Shown: positions 13,057-24,290 of the stretch, piece after piece | Numbering within the stretch: position 1 is the first letter of the stretch | Layout of the letters: every line of letters begins with the position of its first letter | Source of the DNA: Blepharisma stoltei ATCC 30299 | Lineage: Eukaryota; Protista; Ciliophora | Reading direction: 5' to 3' | DNA: 64,000 bases | NCBI GenBank assembly: GCA_965603825.1 | Contig: CBFDEM010000012.1 | Span: 1-64,000, forward strand | Program-made: the position numbers and the translations under genes | Notes under the pieces: model-generated | Databases searched by the model: none | What the model was told of the DNA's origin: nothing | Seen by the model: the letters and a program-made list of their open reading frames with translations, nothing else

Positions 13057-13791
13057 ATTTATTGCATTCTACAAATTTTTATCAAAATGTATAAATATAA
13101 CATTTGCATTAAAAATTCTGTTAAAGCTTTTTTTAATTGATTAAAGGCACTTAAATGCAAAATAATCGAAATAAAGATCTATATTAAATAGATGGATTAA
13201 ATATTGATCAATTTAAGGCGTCTCTATGAATATTTTTGTGTATAAAGAACTAATTCTTAAATAAAAATTATAATTTTAATAATAAACAGCAAAGATTGCA
13301 TTTAATAAAATAGCAGTTTAATGAATGAATTTCTTAAAATCATGTCTTTAATTATTATAAAGCATTTTTACTGTGTATTTTATAACTATTGTTCAATAAA
13401 ATTTTAAGCTTATTTTAATGTGCTTGATTAATGATCAAAATATTTTCAATTAAAAGCATAAATGATTGCAAATTTATGATAATTAATTTTATTTATGTTT
13501 ATTTAAGATTTATAAAAGTGATTTCTCTCTTATCAGTAAAAATTCTTAATTTTATTTCTGGTAGCAAAAAATTTTATATGTGCATTTGAAGAATATATTG
13601 TTAATCAGATTTTAAACGAATGAAAGATTAAGAAGAGAAATAAACTAATGATTCTAGCATAGCTGTAGTTATAAAACTGATATGATTTTTTATAAATTGC
13701 ATACTTCATTTTTTAATCCTTGAAAAATATTTAAGCTCATTTTTAATATAAAATAATAACTTTTAAGAGAGTTAAAGACGATTTTTAGTAT

Positions 13792-16491
13792 TTAAAATCT
13801 ATTTTTCTTATAAAATGCAAGATAAAGTCTATTCCAATCAGGATCCATTTTACTCACTAGAGAATCATTATACTTTTCCCATTCATTTTGATTATTTTTA
13901 GTGAATGCTATAAAATGGTTCCCATAATAGCATATAACTCCAAAAATGCTATAAAGATTATTATAATCAATCCTCAATGAATCTGGAATTTTACTTGAAG
14001 ACTGATAATTCGGCATATAAATTGCTAAAATTTTTGGCCATTGGATACTTTCAGTTTTCATTATAGTTTCTCTCAATTTTCCACAGTTCGTGCAATTTAA
14101 CTGATTTTCCCCTGAATAAATTTTCAATTCTTTTATTTCCTTAAAGTAATTTTCTATATCATTTTGCTTATTTACTGGGATAATTATAAAATTTGAGCAA
14201 TCTTCATTATATTCTTTATGTTGAAAAAGTTTGCAGGTAAACGATTGATTTTTGACAATAGTAAAAAGATCTCGATTTTCAACTTTATCCGAAATAATAG
14301 CAAACAGCTCTTTTGCATCATTTTCAGAAGATCCTATAAACTAAATAAAAAGTACCATTGAGTATTCTTCTGAAAGTATATTTTTCAATTCTATTATATG
14401 CGGTCCTATAAAATAGTCATCAGAATTAGATTGCATTAACTCAATAATTTGGCTTAAACTGAGGAATAATTTATCTGAGGAGAATGTTTTTATATATTCC
14501 ACAAATTCAGTAGCACTTGCAAATATTTGAATAAGAGAATTCATATAGCAAGTATTCCCTATATTAGGCAACCCAGATTTGCTGAAAGCACTGCTGCGGC
14601 TAATTATATTTTTTTTAATAGATTGTTGAAAGCTGGGATATGCTCTTTCATTTTTAATTTGCTGGTAGCCTGAGGGCTCTTTAATTGATGCATGAGGGAG
14701 GCTTTTTGATTGATTAACTAGTGATAGCTCCATACTAGATACATTCCGAGAATTACTGATGTGAGTTTGGCTCTCAGGAGAATAAGTCTTCATCGTTTGG
14801 CTCTCTGATTGCTTATAATTATCGTGTGCGTTATCTAAATTATTTTTTAGATAATTTTTCATCTCAGGTAATTTTGGAGAGATAGTCTTTGATTGGTCTG
14901 CTATTGGATGGATATTCTGCTCATTTTGATGATCACTAATTTCGATAGAATACCCGGGATAAAGTCTATTCGTTTTAATTTCTAATTCCTTTATCTTATT
15001 GCTTGCGTTACTTATCTCATTCTTATTGTCTGAAATTGATTCTTCCAGGAAGTTAATTTGCGCTTTAAGAGATTCCCAATCCTTTAAGCTACTTCCTCTT
15101 TCATCTTTTCAGCTATTAATTTTATTTTGAAGACTAGTCATTTTTGTCTCGATTTCTTCCTTATTTGGAAGATTTATAATTTTTCGGTCAATATCTTTCA
15201 ACTTGTTATTGATATCCTGAATAGAATAATCCTTATTTTTGATTTCGTTGTATAATTTTTCATACTTGGCTTTCAAATTGCTAACTTCTTTGTTGAGGTC
15301 ACTAAACTTATCTTCAGTAATTTTATAAATCTCATTCTGTACTTCTTCTTTTAATTTTTCTGAATTAATTGATGGATTTAAATTTCTAGAAACTTTGTCT
15401 TTGAGTTTGCTAACTAAAGAATTTAATGCCTTAGATAAAATTTGTAATAAACCAAAGTGCTTTTTTTCTAAATTTATAAGCTCATTTTTTATATTCATCA
15501 TTTTTTCCTGTTGCATTTGATCATAATTAACTGCAGAGTTTAATAGTTCTTCTTTGATTTTATTTACTTGCTGATATTTTAAAGACTCTTCATATTTGTG
15601 CTTTTCTAAACTTTTCTGGAGTTTCGTTTCAAAATTTTTTGTTAATCTTGTCTCAATTTCTAAGTATCTTTCATTAAATATTTTCATAATTTGATCGATT
15701 TTAAAGTCAGAGCCATCAGTCTTTCTAGTTTCTCTATCTCTGAAAATATTGCCTCTTTCTACATCTTCTTTATTATATCTTCTTTCTGCTACTTCTGATG
15801 CGGTATTCAGATCTTTATAATTTTGCTCATGTGAAAATGGTTTAGGAGGGCTGGAAAAATTTCTGGAAGCAGAAGTAGGCTCTTCTGAAGTATTCCTTCT
15901 AGCAATTCCATTTGATTTAATCTCAAATGCTAACTGTTGTACTCTTCGGTTTTGCTCAGATGTTATTTCAACGTTATTAGCTATCAAAAGTTTTTTAACT
16001 CTCATATAAACCAAAGTTGCTGGAAAAGTGAAATCAGGTGATCCTTTTATTAATGATTCTCTATTACTGTTGCAATCATACCACTGCTCGTTGAATAAGC
16101 AAAAGGCTTTTTTTTCATTAAAACTGGAAATTAGCTTATATTCGCCTTCGTAAATATATGCATTTATTTTAGACGATCTTTTATAAACAAAAAGAACATC
16201 TTTTAGATTAGTTGATACTTCTGGTAAGCGCGAACTTTCTATTTTCGGAGTTATATATCTGCTTCAAGTTAGATTTCTTTGAAAAATTGCTTCAAATGTA
16301 TCTGAAAGGCTTTTGCCTAATAAGTTGTAGAAATTTTTAAGATTGCTCTCTCGAATTTGGTGTCTGAAAGCGTTAGTTATAGTTTCATGCAATTCTTGAT
16401 CATAAAGTTGGATGCTGAGATTATTGTAAGTACTGTTATTGTTGATTGCAGCTATTACATAGCACACAGTTCTTAAATTAGAAGTGCTCAT
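13792..16491 (-). CDS. USP/peptidase C19 paralog B2, ~894 aa, one 15-nt intron (14341-14355)
   Basis: Continuous frame with UGA=Trp. GLPNIGNTCYMNS, CTNC, YYGNHFIAF...WEKYNDS. Intron gtactttttatttag. Confidence 0.92.
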
Positions 16492-17382
16492 ATTTATTGA
16501 ATTCTACAAATCTTATTACAAATATATATAAAAATTAAATATTTTTCTTCGCTCTAAAATCCCAAAAAGATTAGCCAAGAGCTAATTTATTGGCAAAAAT
16601 CATCCAGGTTAAAAACAGATTAAAATAATACAACTTTAGAGTTAATGCTAAAAATAAGAAAAATCGGCATTTTAGGGAGTGATGACTGTAATTAGATTAA
16701 ATTAAAAATTTAGAGTTAATTCTAAAGAAGCTATAAGTTAATATTTACCAAAATAATAAAGATAGAAGCTATAAATGAGTTTATTTAATATTAATTTTAA
16801 GTTATGAAGTTTATTGATTTAAGTTGAGGACTCAATGTGATTCTATATCTTAAAGAATTGAAAACTCAAAAAATAACTTATTTTATTCTCATAAACTTCT
16901 GGATACCATGATAACAGTAGTCTTTAAGAATTCCATCACTTTTGAATTAGTTTTATTAATATTTTATCGTATTTTTACTTCATTATTTAATATTTATTAC
17001 AATTTATCATACTTCTTTCTGAAATAAACTTTAAAGTACTTCAGCTTTTCTCAAATCGTTTATATAAAATTTATTAATTTTATTATTACCTAAACTTCAA
17101 GATAAAATTCTGCATTGAACTTAGAGATAGGCAAAAACGTCTAAAAGAAATAAAACTGAAAGCATAGTCTTCAAAAATTTTATTATATTTTAATTTGGCG
17201 TTGATACTTATATTATCAGCTATATTTAGTCTGTTTAAATAAGAGGAGAAACGAGCTCAATAAAATAATCAAATTAAGGAAACCCACTTGTGAGTCAATA
17301 AACTTCAGAAAAATAATTCAAATATCAAATTAACTTTAAATTGGAAAATTATAGATTCAAAATAAAATATATATTTTTATAA

Positions 17383-17640
17383 ATGGAGCCTAAAAAGTTA
17401 GTTATAATTTTAGAAAGCAGCGATGGTGTTACAAGAACCCAAGAAGTATATGAGCAATGGAAGTACTCAGGACTAGCCCAAGTTATAGAAAATATTTATA
17501 GGATACCTAAAGATACTCAATCAATTGTTTTCGAAAGGAAATTACTGAAGTATGCTGAAGACAAAGACAAAACATTGGGAGAATTGGGAATAAAAAACAA
17601 CTCTAAAATATTTGTCATGCATTATTCGCCAGGAGGTTAA
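17383..17640 (+). CDS. Small ubiquitin-like protein, 85 aa, free C-terminal Gly-Gly (UBL-1a)
   Basis: Beta-grasp pattern RIPKDTQSIVF / KTLGELGIKNNSKIFVM (ubiquitin: GIPPDQQRLIF / RTLSDYNIQKESTLHLV). Ends SPGG-TAA. Confidence 0.88.
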   Translation: MEPKKLVIILESSDGVTRTQEVYEQWKYSGLAQVIENIYRIPKDTQSIVFERKLLKYAEDKDKTLGELGIKNNSKIFVMHYSPGG

Positions 17641-18232
17641 AAAAGCTCGGATATTTAGAAATATTTTAATATCAATTTGTAGAAACCAAAGCTAAAAATT
17701 TAAGAGATAGAATAGTTTGCATGTAAACATTACTTGATAAAAAATTACTAGAGAAAGGGCAATACAAGCTTTAACTAAATTAAATGAATTTTCACTGCTT
17801 GAGCGATCTTGTCAACAATATTTTAAAATTTCTTTTTTGTATTTTACCCGAAATGGAATCACAGTTTTATTAAGAATTAGGATTCTCTTTCCCTATAATA
17901 GAAGATTTGGTGAGAAAGATTAAATGTAATCCGCCTCAGTTTGCCTTGCTTGCCTTTTTTCGCTGATTCTACAAGAGGCATGAGTTTTTATTATTTTGAC
18001 TTTTTAGCTAAAATTCTTTAAGACTGAATCAAGAAAATGCTTATTTAAAAATATTCCATTCTATCCCTAGCAAAACTTGGGCAGCTAAGCAATATACTTC
18101 TCATTTCCACTTTTTTGAATAAAATTTAGAGCTCTTTATCAAAACAAACTCAATTGAATAGCTATTTCTTCATAAATTGCTATCTTTTGAATTATAAATA
18201 TTTATAATCGTAAGCTATTAATATTTTATAGA

Positions 18233-18520
18233 ATGGCACTTGAAAGAATAACAATAAGACTAGAAGACATCAATGGTATTACCAATACACAAGAAGTCTT
18301 TAGAGACTGAAAATACTCAAATCTGGCAAAGAAAATAGCTGATATTTATGGGGTACCGAATGATCAGCAATCTATCGTGTTCCAAAAACGAGTATTGAGA
18401 TTTGATCAGCATAGTCATATAACTTTAAGGGAATTGGGAATAGTAAATAATTCAGTAATAAAAGTTATGCATCGGCAGTTGGGAGGCAAAAATCAAGGCT
18501 TGAATAATTATCAGAATTAA
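18233..18520 (+). CDS. Small ubiquitin-like precursor, 95 aa, QLGG plus 10-aa tail (UBL-2a), absent from the ORF track
   Basis: MALERITIRLEDINGITNTQEVFRDW(TGA)KYSNLAKKIADIYGVPNDQQSIVFQKRVLRFDQHSHITLRELGIVNNSVIKVMHRQLGG-KNQGLNNYQN. The TGA aligns with TGG of UBL-1a. Confidence 0.9.
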
Positions 18521-19231
18521 GTAATATAATTTCTAGTTATCGGCTAAGATTTAATGCAGTATTATTTTTTTGCTGATAATAAAGGAAACAGATATCTACA
18601 ATAATTAAGTTGGTGAAAACCACATTGATAAAATCAATAATCTTTATTGATAGAATCAAAATATTTTTGATTAATTTTGAAGCCTGAAGTATTTAAGATA
18701 AGAAAGAATGCCTGTGTAAGAATCTTATAGATTGGTATAAGAAACTTTTTGGCTTTTAATTCCAGCTGAGCTTTACGCTAAAGATGAATGACAAATTGAG
18801 TCAAAAATTGCAAAAGCAGCTTTAAATTGTTTAGTCTAGAAAAGTTAACTGAAATTTGGTACCCTTAAAAATGCTATTTAGAAATCTATTCCATTTCATT
18901 GACTATACTTTGATTATCACATAAATAATTATCCAAAACTTGGATCAATTTAATCCCAAAAATATTAAAGGCTGCAATTATAGTTTTTAGAAGAAAATAA
19001 AACTGCAAAGTCTAGTTTTCAAAAATTAGATTGCATTTTAATTTGGCGTTGATACTTATATTATCAGCTATATTTAGTCTATTTAAATAAGAGGAGAAAC
19101 GGGCTCAATAAAATAATCAAATTAAGGAAACCCACTTGTGAGTCAATAAACTTCAGAAAAATAATTCAAATATCAAATTAACTTTAAATAGGAAAATTAT
19201 AGATTTCAAAATAAAATATATATTTTAATAT

Positions 19232-19522
19232 ATGGAGCCTAAAAGGTTAGTTATAATTTTAGAAAGCATCGATGGTGTTACAAGAATCCAAGAAGTATAT
19301 GAGCAATGGAAGTACTCAATGCTAGCCCAAGCTATAGAAAATATTTATAGGATACCTAAAGATGCTCAATTAATTTTTTTCGAAAGGAAATTACATAGGT
19401 ATGCTGAAGATAAAGACAAAACATTGGGAGAATTGGGAATAAAAACAACTCTAAAATATGTTTCATCCATAAGAAACCAATGTGTTAAGTATAATTGGAT
19501 ATTTAGAAATATTTTAATATAA
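19232..19522 (+). pseudogene. UBL-1b, frameshifted copy of UBL-1a with Gly-Gly lost
   Basis: A6->A5 at ~19441 shifts the frame. Even the corrected frame ends ...HKKPMC* instead of HYSPGG*. Confidence 0.7.
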
Positions 19523-20084
19523 ATTTGTAGAAACGTAATCCAAAAATTTAAGGATAGGATAGTTTGCATATAAGCATATATCACTTGATGAGAAAATACT
19601 AGAAAGAGGACAGCACGGGCTTTAACTAAAATAAATGAATTTATCACTGATTGAACGATCTTGTCAACAATTATTTTAAAATTTCTTTTTTGTATTTTGC
19701 CCGAAATGGAATCACAGTTTTATTCAGAATTAGGATCCTCTTTCCTTATAATAGAAGATTTGGTGAGAAAGATTAAATGCAATCCACCTCAGCCTACCTT
19801 GCTTGCCTTTTTACGCTGATTCTACAAGAGGCATGAGCTTTTATTATCTTGACATTTTAGCTAAAATTCTTTAAGACTGAATCAAGAAAATGCTTATTTA
19901 AAAAATTCCATTCCTATCCGCAGCAAAACTTAGACACTAAGGCAATATACTTATCATTTCCACTTTTTTGAATAAAATTAGAGCTCTTTATCAAAACAAT
20001 CTCAATTAAATAGCTATTTCTTCATAAATCACTATCTTTTTGATTACAAATATTTATAATCCTAAACTATTAATATTTTATAGA

Positions 20085-20372
20085 ATGGCACTAGAAAGAA
20101 TAACAATAAGACTAGAAGATATCAATGGTATTACCAATACACAAGAAGTCTTTAGAGACTGAAAATACTCAAATCTGGCAAAGAAAATAGCTGATATTTA
20201 TGGGGTACCGAATGATCAGCAATCTATTGTGTTCCAAAAACGAGTATTGAGATTTGATCAGCATAGTCATATAACTTTAAGGGAATTGGGAATAGTAAAT
20301 AATTCAGTAATAAAAGTTATGCATCGGCAGTTGGGAGGCAAAATTCAAGGCTTGAATAATTATCAGAATTAA
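20085..20372 (+). CDS. UBL-2b, 95 aa, near-identical to UBL-2a (QLGG-KIQGLNNYQN)
   Basis: Same frame structure with one UGA=Trp. Differences from UBL-2a are mostly synonymous, plus N->I in the tail. Confidence 0.9.
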
Positions 20373-21222
20373 GCAATATAATTTCTAGTTATCTGCTAAG
20401 ATTTGATGTGCTATTAGTTTTTTGCTGAATGTAAAGAAATAGATATATACAATAATTAAGTTGGCGATGAAAACATTGATAAAATTGATAATCTTTTAAT
20501 TTATAGAATCAAAATATTTTTATTTATTTTTGATGCCTGAAGTATTAAAGATAAGAAAGAATGTATATGTAATCTTATAGATTGGCATAAGAAGCTTTTT
20601 GGGTTTTACCTCCAGTTGAGCTTTACGCTAAAAATGAATACCAAATGGAGTCGAAAAATTGTAAAAGCAGCTTTAAATTGTTTAGTCTAGAAAAGTTAAC
20701 TGAGTTTTGGTGCCCTCAAAAATGCTATTTAGAAATCTATTCCATTTCATGGACTATACTCTGATTATCACAGAAACAATTATTCAAATCTTGGACCAAT
20801 TTAATCCCAAAAAATATTAAAGGCTGCAATTATATATTAAAATAAATTTTAAACAGAGCAGATCAACTTCTTTAAATAAAACTAGCTGTGATATTTTTAT
20901 ATTGCATCATATTTACCTTAAAAATATCAATCATATTATATTAGAAGAGAACAATAACCTTTAATAAGCATATCTCAGTAAACGCATAAATTCGTTCATT
21001 AATCTGTAATAAATCAAAGCTTTTTAGCATATTTTGAATTTTCAATTTCAAATCCTTTAATTTAATTCATAAAAATGATTTTATTTTTGGTGAATTACAT
21101 TTCGCATAATAAATTAAACTAATTTTTCTTCATTAAGAAATATTTAAAGAGTTATACTATATATTCTTGCTCATTATTCAAAAATGTGGGTTTTCCTATT
21201 CATCAATCAATAATTAATATCC

Positions 21223-21987
21223 ATGGGCTGTGGAGGAAGCACAAAAAATAAAATAGTCCTCGAGATAGAGACCTGTGGCATTGAAGAAGTAGATAGCATG
21301 TTTATTGGAGCTGCAGAGCCTCTTAAAGCTCTCGATAAAGCCTACCATAAGCTTAAAAAACAAATTAAAAAGTTTAAAAAGGCAACAGGCTGCTATATCT
21401 TAAAAGACGCCACATTCACGGATGCACTGGAATCAATGCTATTTTGCTTTTCCGCCTCAATAGATGGTGACTTTAGTAAAATCGATCTCCAAGTAACAAC
21501 AGGAAAGCCATATATTAAAATAAGCAAGGACGGTCTTAAGCCTGAGCATTCCCATGTTGCAGATGCCTGGGATCTGATGCTTGGAGTATTAGAAGAGTCT
21601 ATAATAAAAGCGCCTCAGCTTTTTGGACAATTAAGAGATTTCTGGCTGAATATCTTGCAATTGCAATCCCAAGCTGATAAGGCATTAAAAGGGGTAAATT
21701 TTGTCAACAGAAGTAAAGGGATGAAATGCTGCCGAGCAAATACAATGATACTGGCACAGGGTAGTAAGGCTTTTGCTGATTTCCAAAACACAATTTCTCA
21801 AGTTAATCAAGATGCTGGGAGCTTTGCAAATAAATGCTGAAGAGAGCAGCAAGAATTGATAGAAAAAGTTGGAAAAGATGCGAATAAAGATAATATTTAT
21901 GAGCCAAAAGAGATTATTAAAAAGTTTTGGCCAGATCATAAGAGAGTTGACCTTTCTTTGGATAAACCTCCAAAGCAAAAAAAATAG
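21223..21987 (+). CDS. Uncharacterised helical protein, ~254 aa, N-terminal MGCGGS dual-acylation motif
   Basis: Frame continues through TGA 21838 to TAG 21985-21987. MGC start suggests myristoylation plus palmitoylation. Confidence 0.8.
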
Positions 21988-22249
21988 TCTAATGTCAAAT
22001 AAATTTGCGCTATTGCTTTAAAAATTATTGTTTGTGGGTCTGCTTTATTTTTCTGCTTAATATGGAAATTGTTATAATTTATAAAATAGAATTCGGAAGC
22101 TTCTGCCTGAAGCAGTCATAATTTTTAAAAAGCCCTAACTAAGATAATATACCTAAAATCTGCAATTTGCAATTTTATTTCCCTATGTGGCCATAAAATA
22201 TTTAATCATAGAAATATTGGCAAATTTATAGATATTTTTAATTGATATC

Positions 22250-23506
22250 ATGAAGTGCTGAAAATTAGAATGCCCTAGCGAGCCTATCTTTTTTTGTCCA
22301 TGCTCAGAAATTGGAACTAATTCATGTGAAGTCCATTTAATTGAGCATCTCAGATTTAAAGCTCAAAAAGTCCACCAGCCAGAAGCTATCTACTATAAGT
22401 CATGCCCAGAAACAAAGCAGGCTCTTTATAGTTTTCTGAAAGCGAGGAATGAAGACCTAGACAAATTGAAATTAATTATCATAAACGAAATAACTAAAAG
22501 AATTAAAGAGCTCAATTCTCATCTGATAATTGCATTGGAAGAAATCAAAAGAGTTGAGAACAAAAATTTAGAATATATGCGAAGAATTATTTCAACTGAA
22601 AATACATCAAAAACTAATAAAATCGAAAATTTTTTGACTTGGGAGCCTAACACTGCTCTTAGAAGTATAAAAAGCTGCCTCTTAAGAATCGATAAGACAA
22701 AAATTCCAAATTACATTAATTTTGACTTTGATAACTTTAAAGACCCTTATGACGAAATAGCTATTTTTCGAGATAATACAAAAAACCTATTGAGAATAAA
22801 TTTAAATGATTTTGGATATGAAGAAACTGAACTTGCAATAGATAAAAATATGAGTATGCATTTATCAATTTGCAAACTTCCAGATAGTAGACTATTCTGC
22901 TTTGGAGGATGCAATCCTTATAGTTCATCGGCATTTATGATATACCCAGATAATAGCATAAAATATCTTGCTAGTAGATCAGTGCCATGTGGGTTTTCAA
23001 GCGCTATTTATTACAATGGAGAAGTTTATGCATTTGGAGGACAAAATGCTAATGGATATGTAATGACTCCAGAAAAATACAATATTTCTCAAGATCAGTG
23101 AAGTTCACTTCCCAAATTGAGTACTGGGGCAAATTACTGCACTGGTTTTGCTTATGATAATGAAATTTACTTTGCAGGTAGCGAACATAAAGAGATTTAT
23201 ATTTACAGAAATTATCATGATCCTTACTCAAGGCAAATATCCAATTTAATTCCTAACTCCCAAAAGGTGCTTTTACTTTTCAATCATTCTTCGTATCTTA
23301 TAATAGAAGGTAATTTTAAGATGCGTGAATTTAAAGATATTAAAAATCTAAATCCTACAATAACTGATTGAAACTTTAATTGAATTGGAACTTTAGCATC
23401 TCAAGTTGTTCAATTTAATGGTGATGCATATTTTATTGATAGCAACTTCTATCTTTATAAATTTGATCTAGCCAAAAAAGTTATTCAGCAATTGAGAAAA
23501 ATATAA
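22250..23506 (+). CDS. B-box-like Zn finger + coiled-coil + Kelch-like propeller, ~418 aa
   Basis: MKCWKLECPSEPIFFCPCS...SCEVHLIEH at the N-terminus. Kelch motifs LFCFGG and VYAFGG...EKYNISQDQW(TGA). Ends TAA 23504-23506. Confidence 0.85.
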
Positions 23507-23656
23507 CTTATTTAAATAAAAATTAAACTTGGAGTAGAAATATAAGCAAAGACATACTAAACTTTTTAGCAATTAAAATTGTTAATATAATTAATTAATA
23601 GAAAAATAGATTGAAATCTCACCTAAATCTCGCGCTATTTTTAATTATTAATTAAA

Positions 23657-23765
23657 GTGATTTTCTCGTCTTAAAAGGTATTGGCTCGTATACAGAAGAC
23701 ATAGCACTCTACCACCTTCAGAACGCCAATTGCGGAGCGAAGCGATTAGTGTAGTAGGATTCTAA
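23657..23765 (+). ncRNA. GC-enriched intergenic island with U6 snRNA-like blocks followed by a U2-like block (identity uncertain)
   Basis: Colinear blocks TAAAA..TTGG..CG.ATACAGA.AGA..TAGCA, ACGCCAATT, GAAGCG, then GATTAGTGTAGTA...TTCT. The core is degenerate. Confidence 0.25.
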
Positions 23766-24290
23766 ATACTTTACTAATTTACCTAATCTAATTATTTTTA
23801 TTAAAATTCTTATTTATTAGTTGGCATGCTGAAAAAATTAAATAAATTGCTTTATTCATAAATAATTTATGCTTATCTAGCAGACAAAAGTATTTTGATT
23901 AATATGTGCATAGTAATCAAGACTCTAAAAATTATAGAAATTAAAAATGCTTAGGCCGACCGATATCGCTAACCCAGTTTTTCCTATCTGAGCAGGGATT
24001 TTGAAATAAAAAACTCAGAATGCTAACTGGCTAAATCCACGACCATGAAGTGGGTTAGACCAATTTTTCCTTATATAATGAAGTCAAAATTATTTAAAAT
24101 AAATTATTAAATGATTAGAAACCGGCATAATCTACATGCTGCTTTTTTTCGGCTCATTCCATCCCCTAAAAAATATTATAAAATTCCTTCCTAACAGCAG
24201 CTATTTTCAAATCAGCCTATGCATATGCATTTTTAAAATCAGCCCGATGCATGATAGCGGGCTAGGCCAGTTGACGTTTCTTTTATAAAA

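Larger units (their letters stand above)
17150..20834. repeat. Tandem duplication of a ~1.85 kb unit (about 17150-18982 and 18999-20834), each carrying two UBL genes
   Basis: Near-identical genic and intergenic sequence at an offset of ~1850 (17383/19232, 18233/20085). Confidence 0.95.

Noticed and set aside
23657-23705. SECIS-like GTGA-N12-AAA pattern, and group I intron P/S-like words
   Set aside because: The SECIS helix does not pair, and the group I elements are in the wrong order with no Q or R element.
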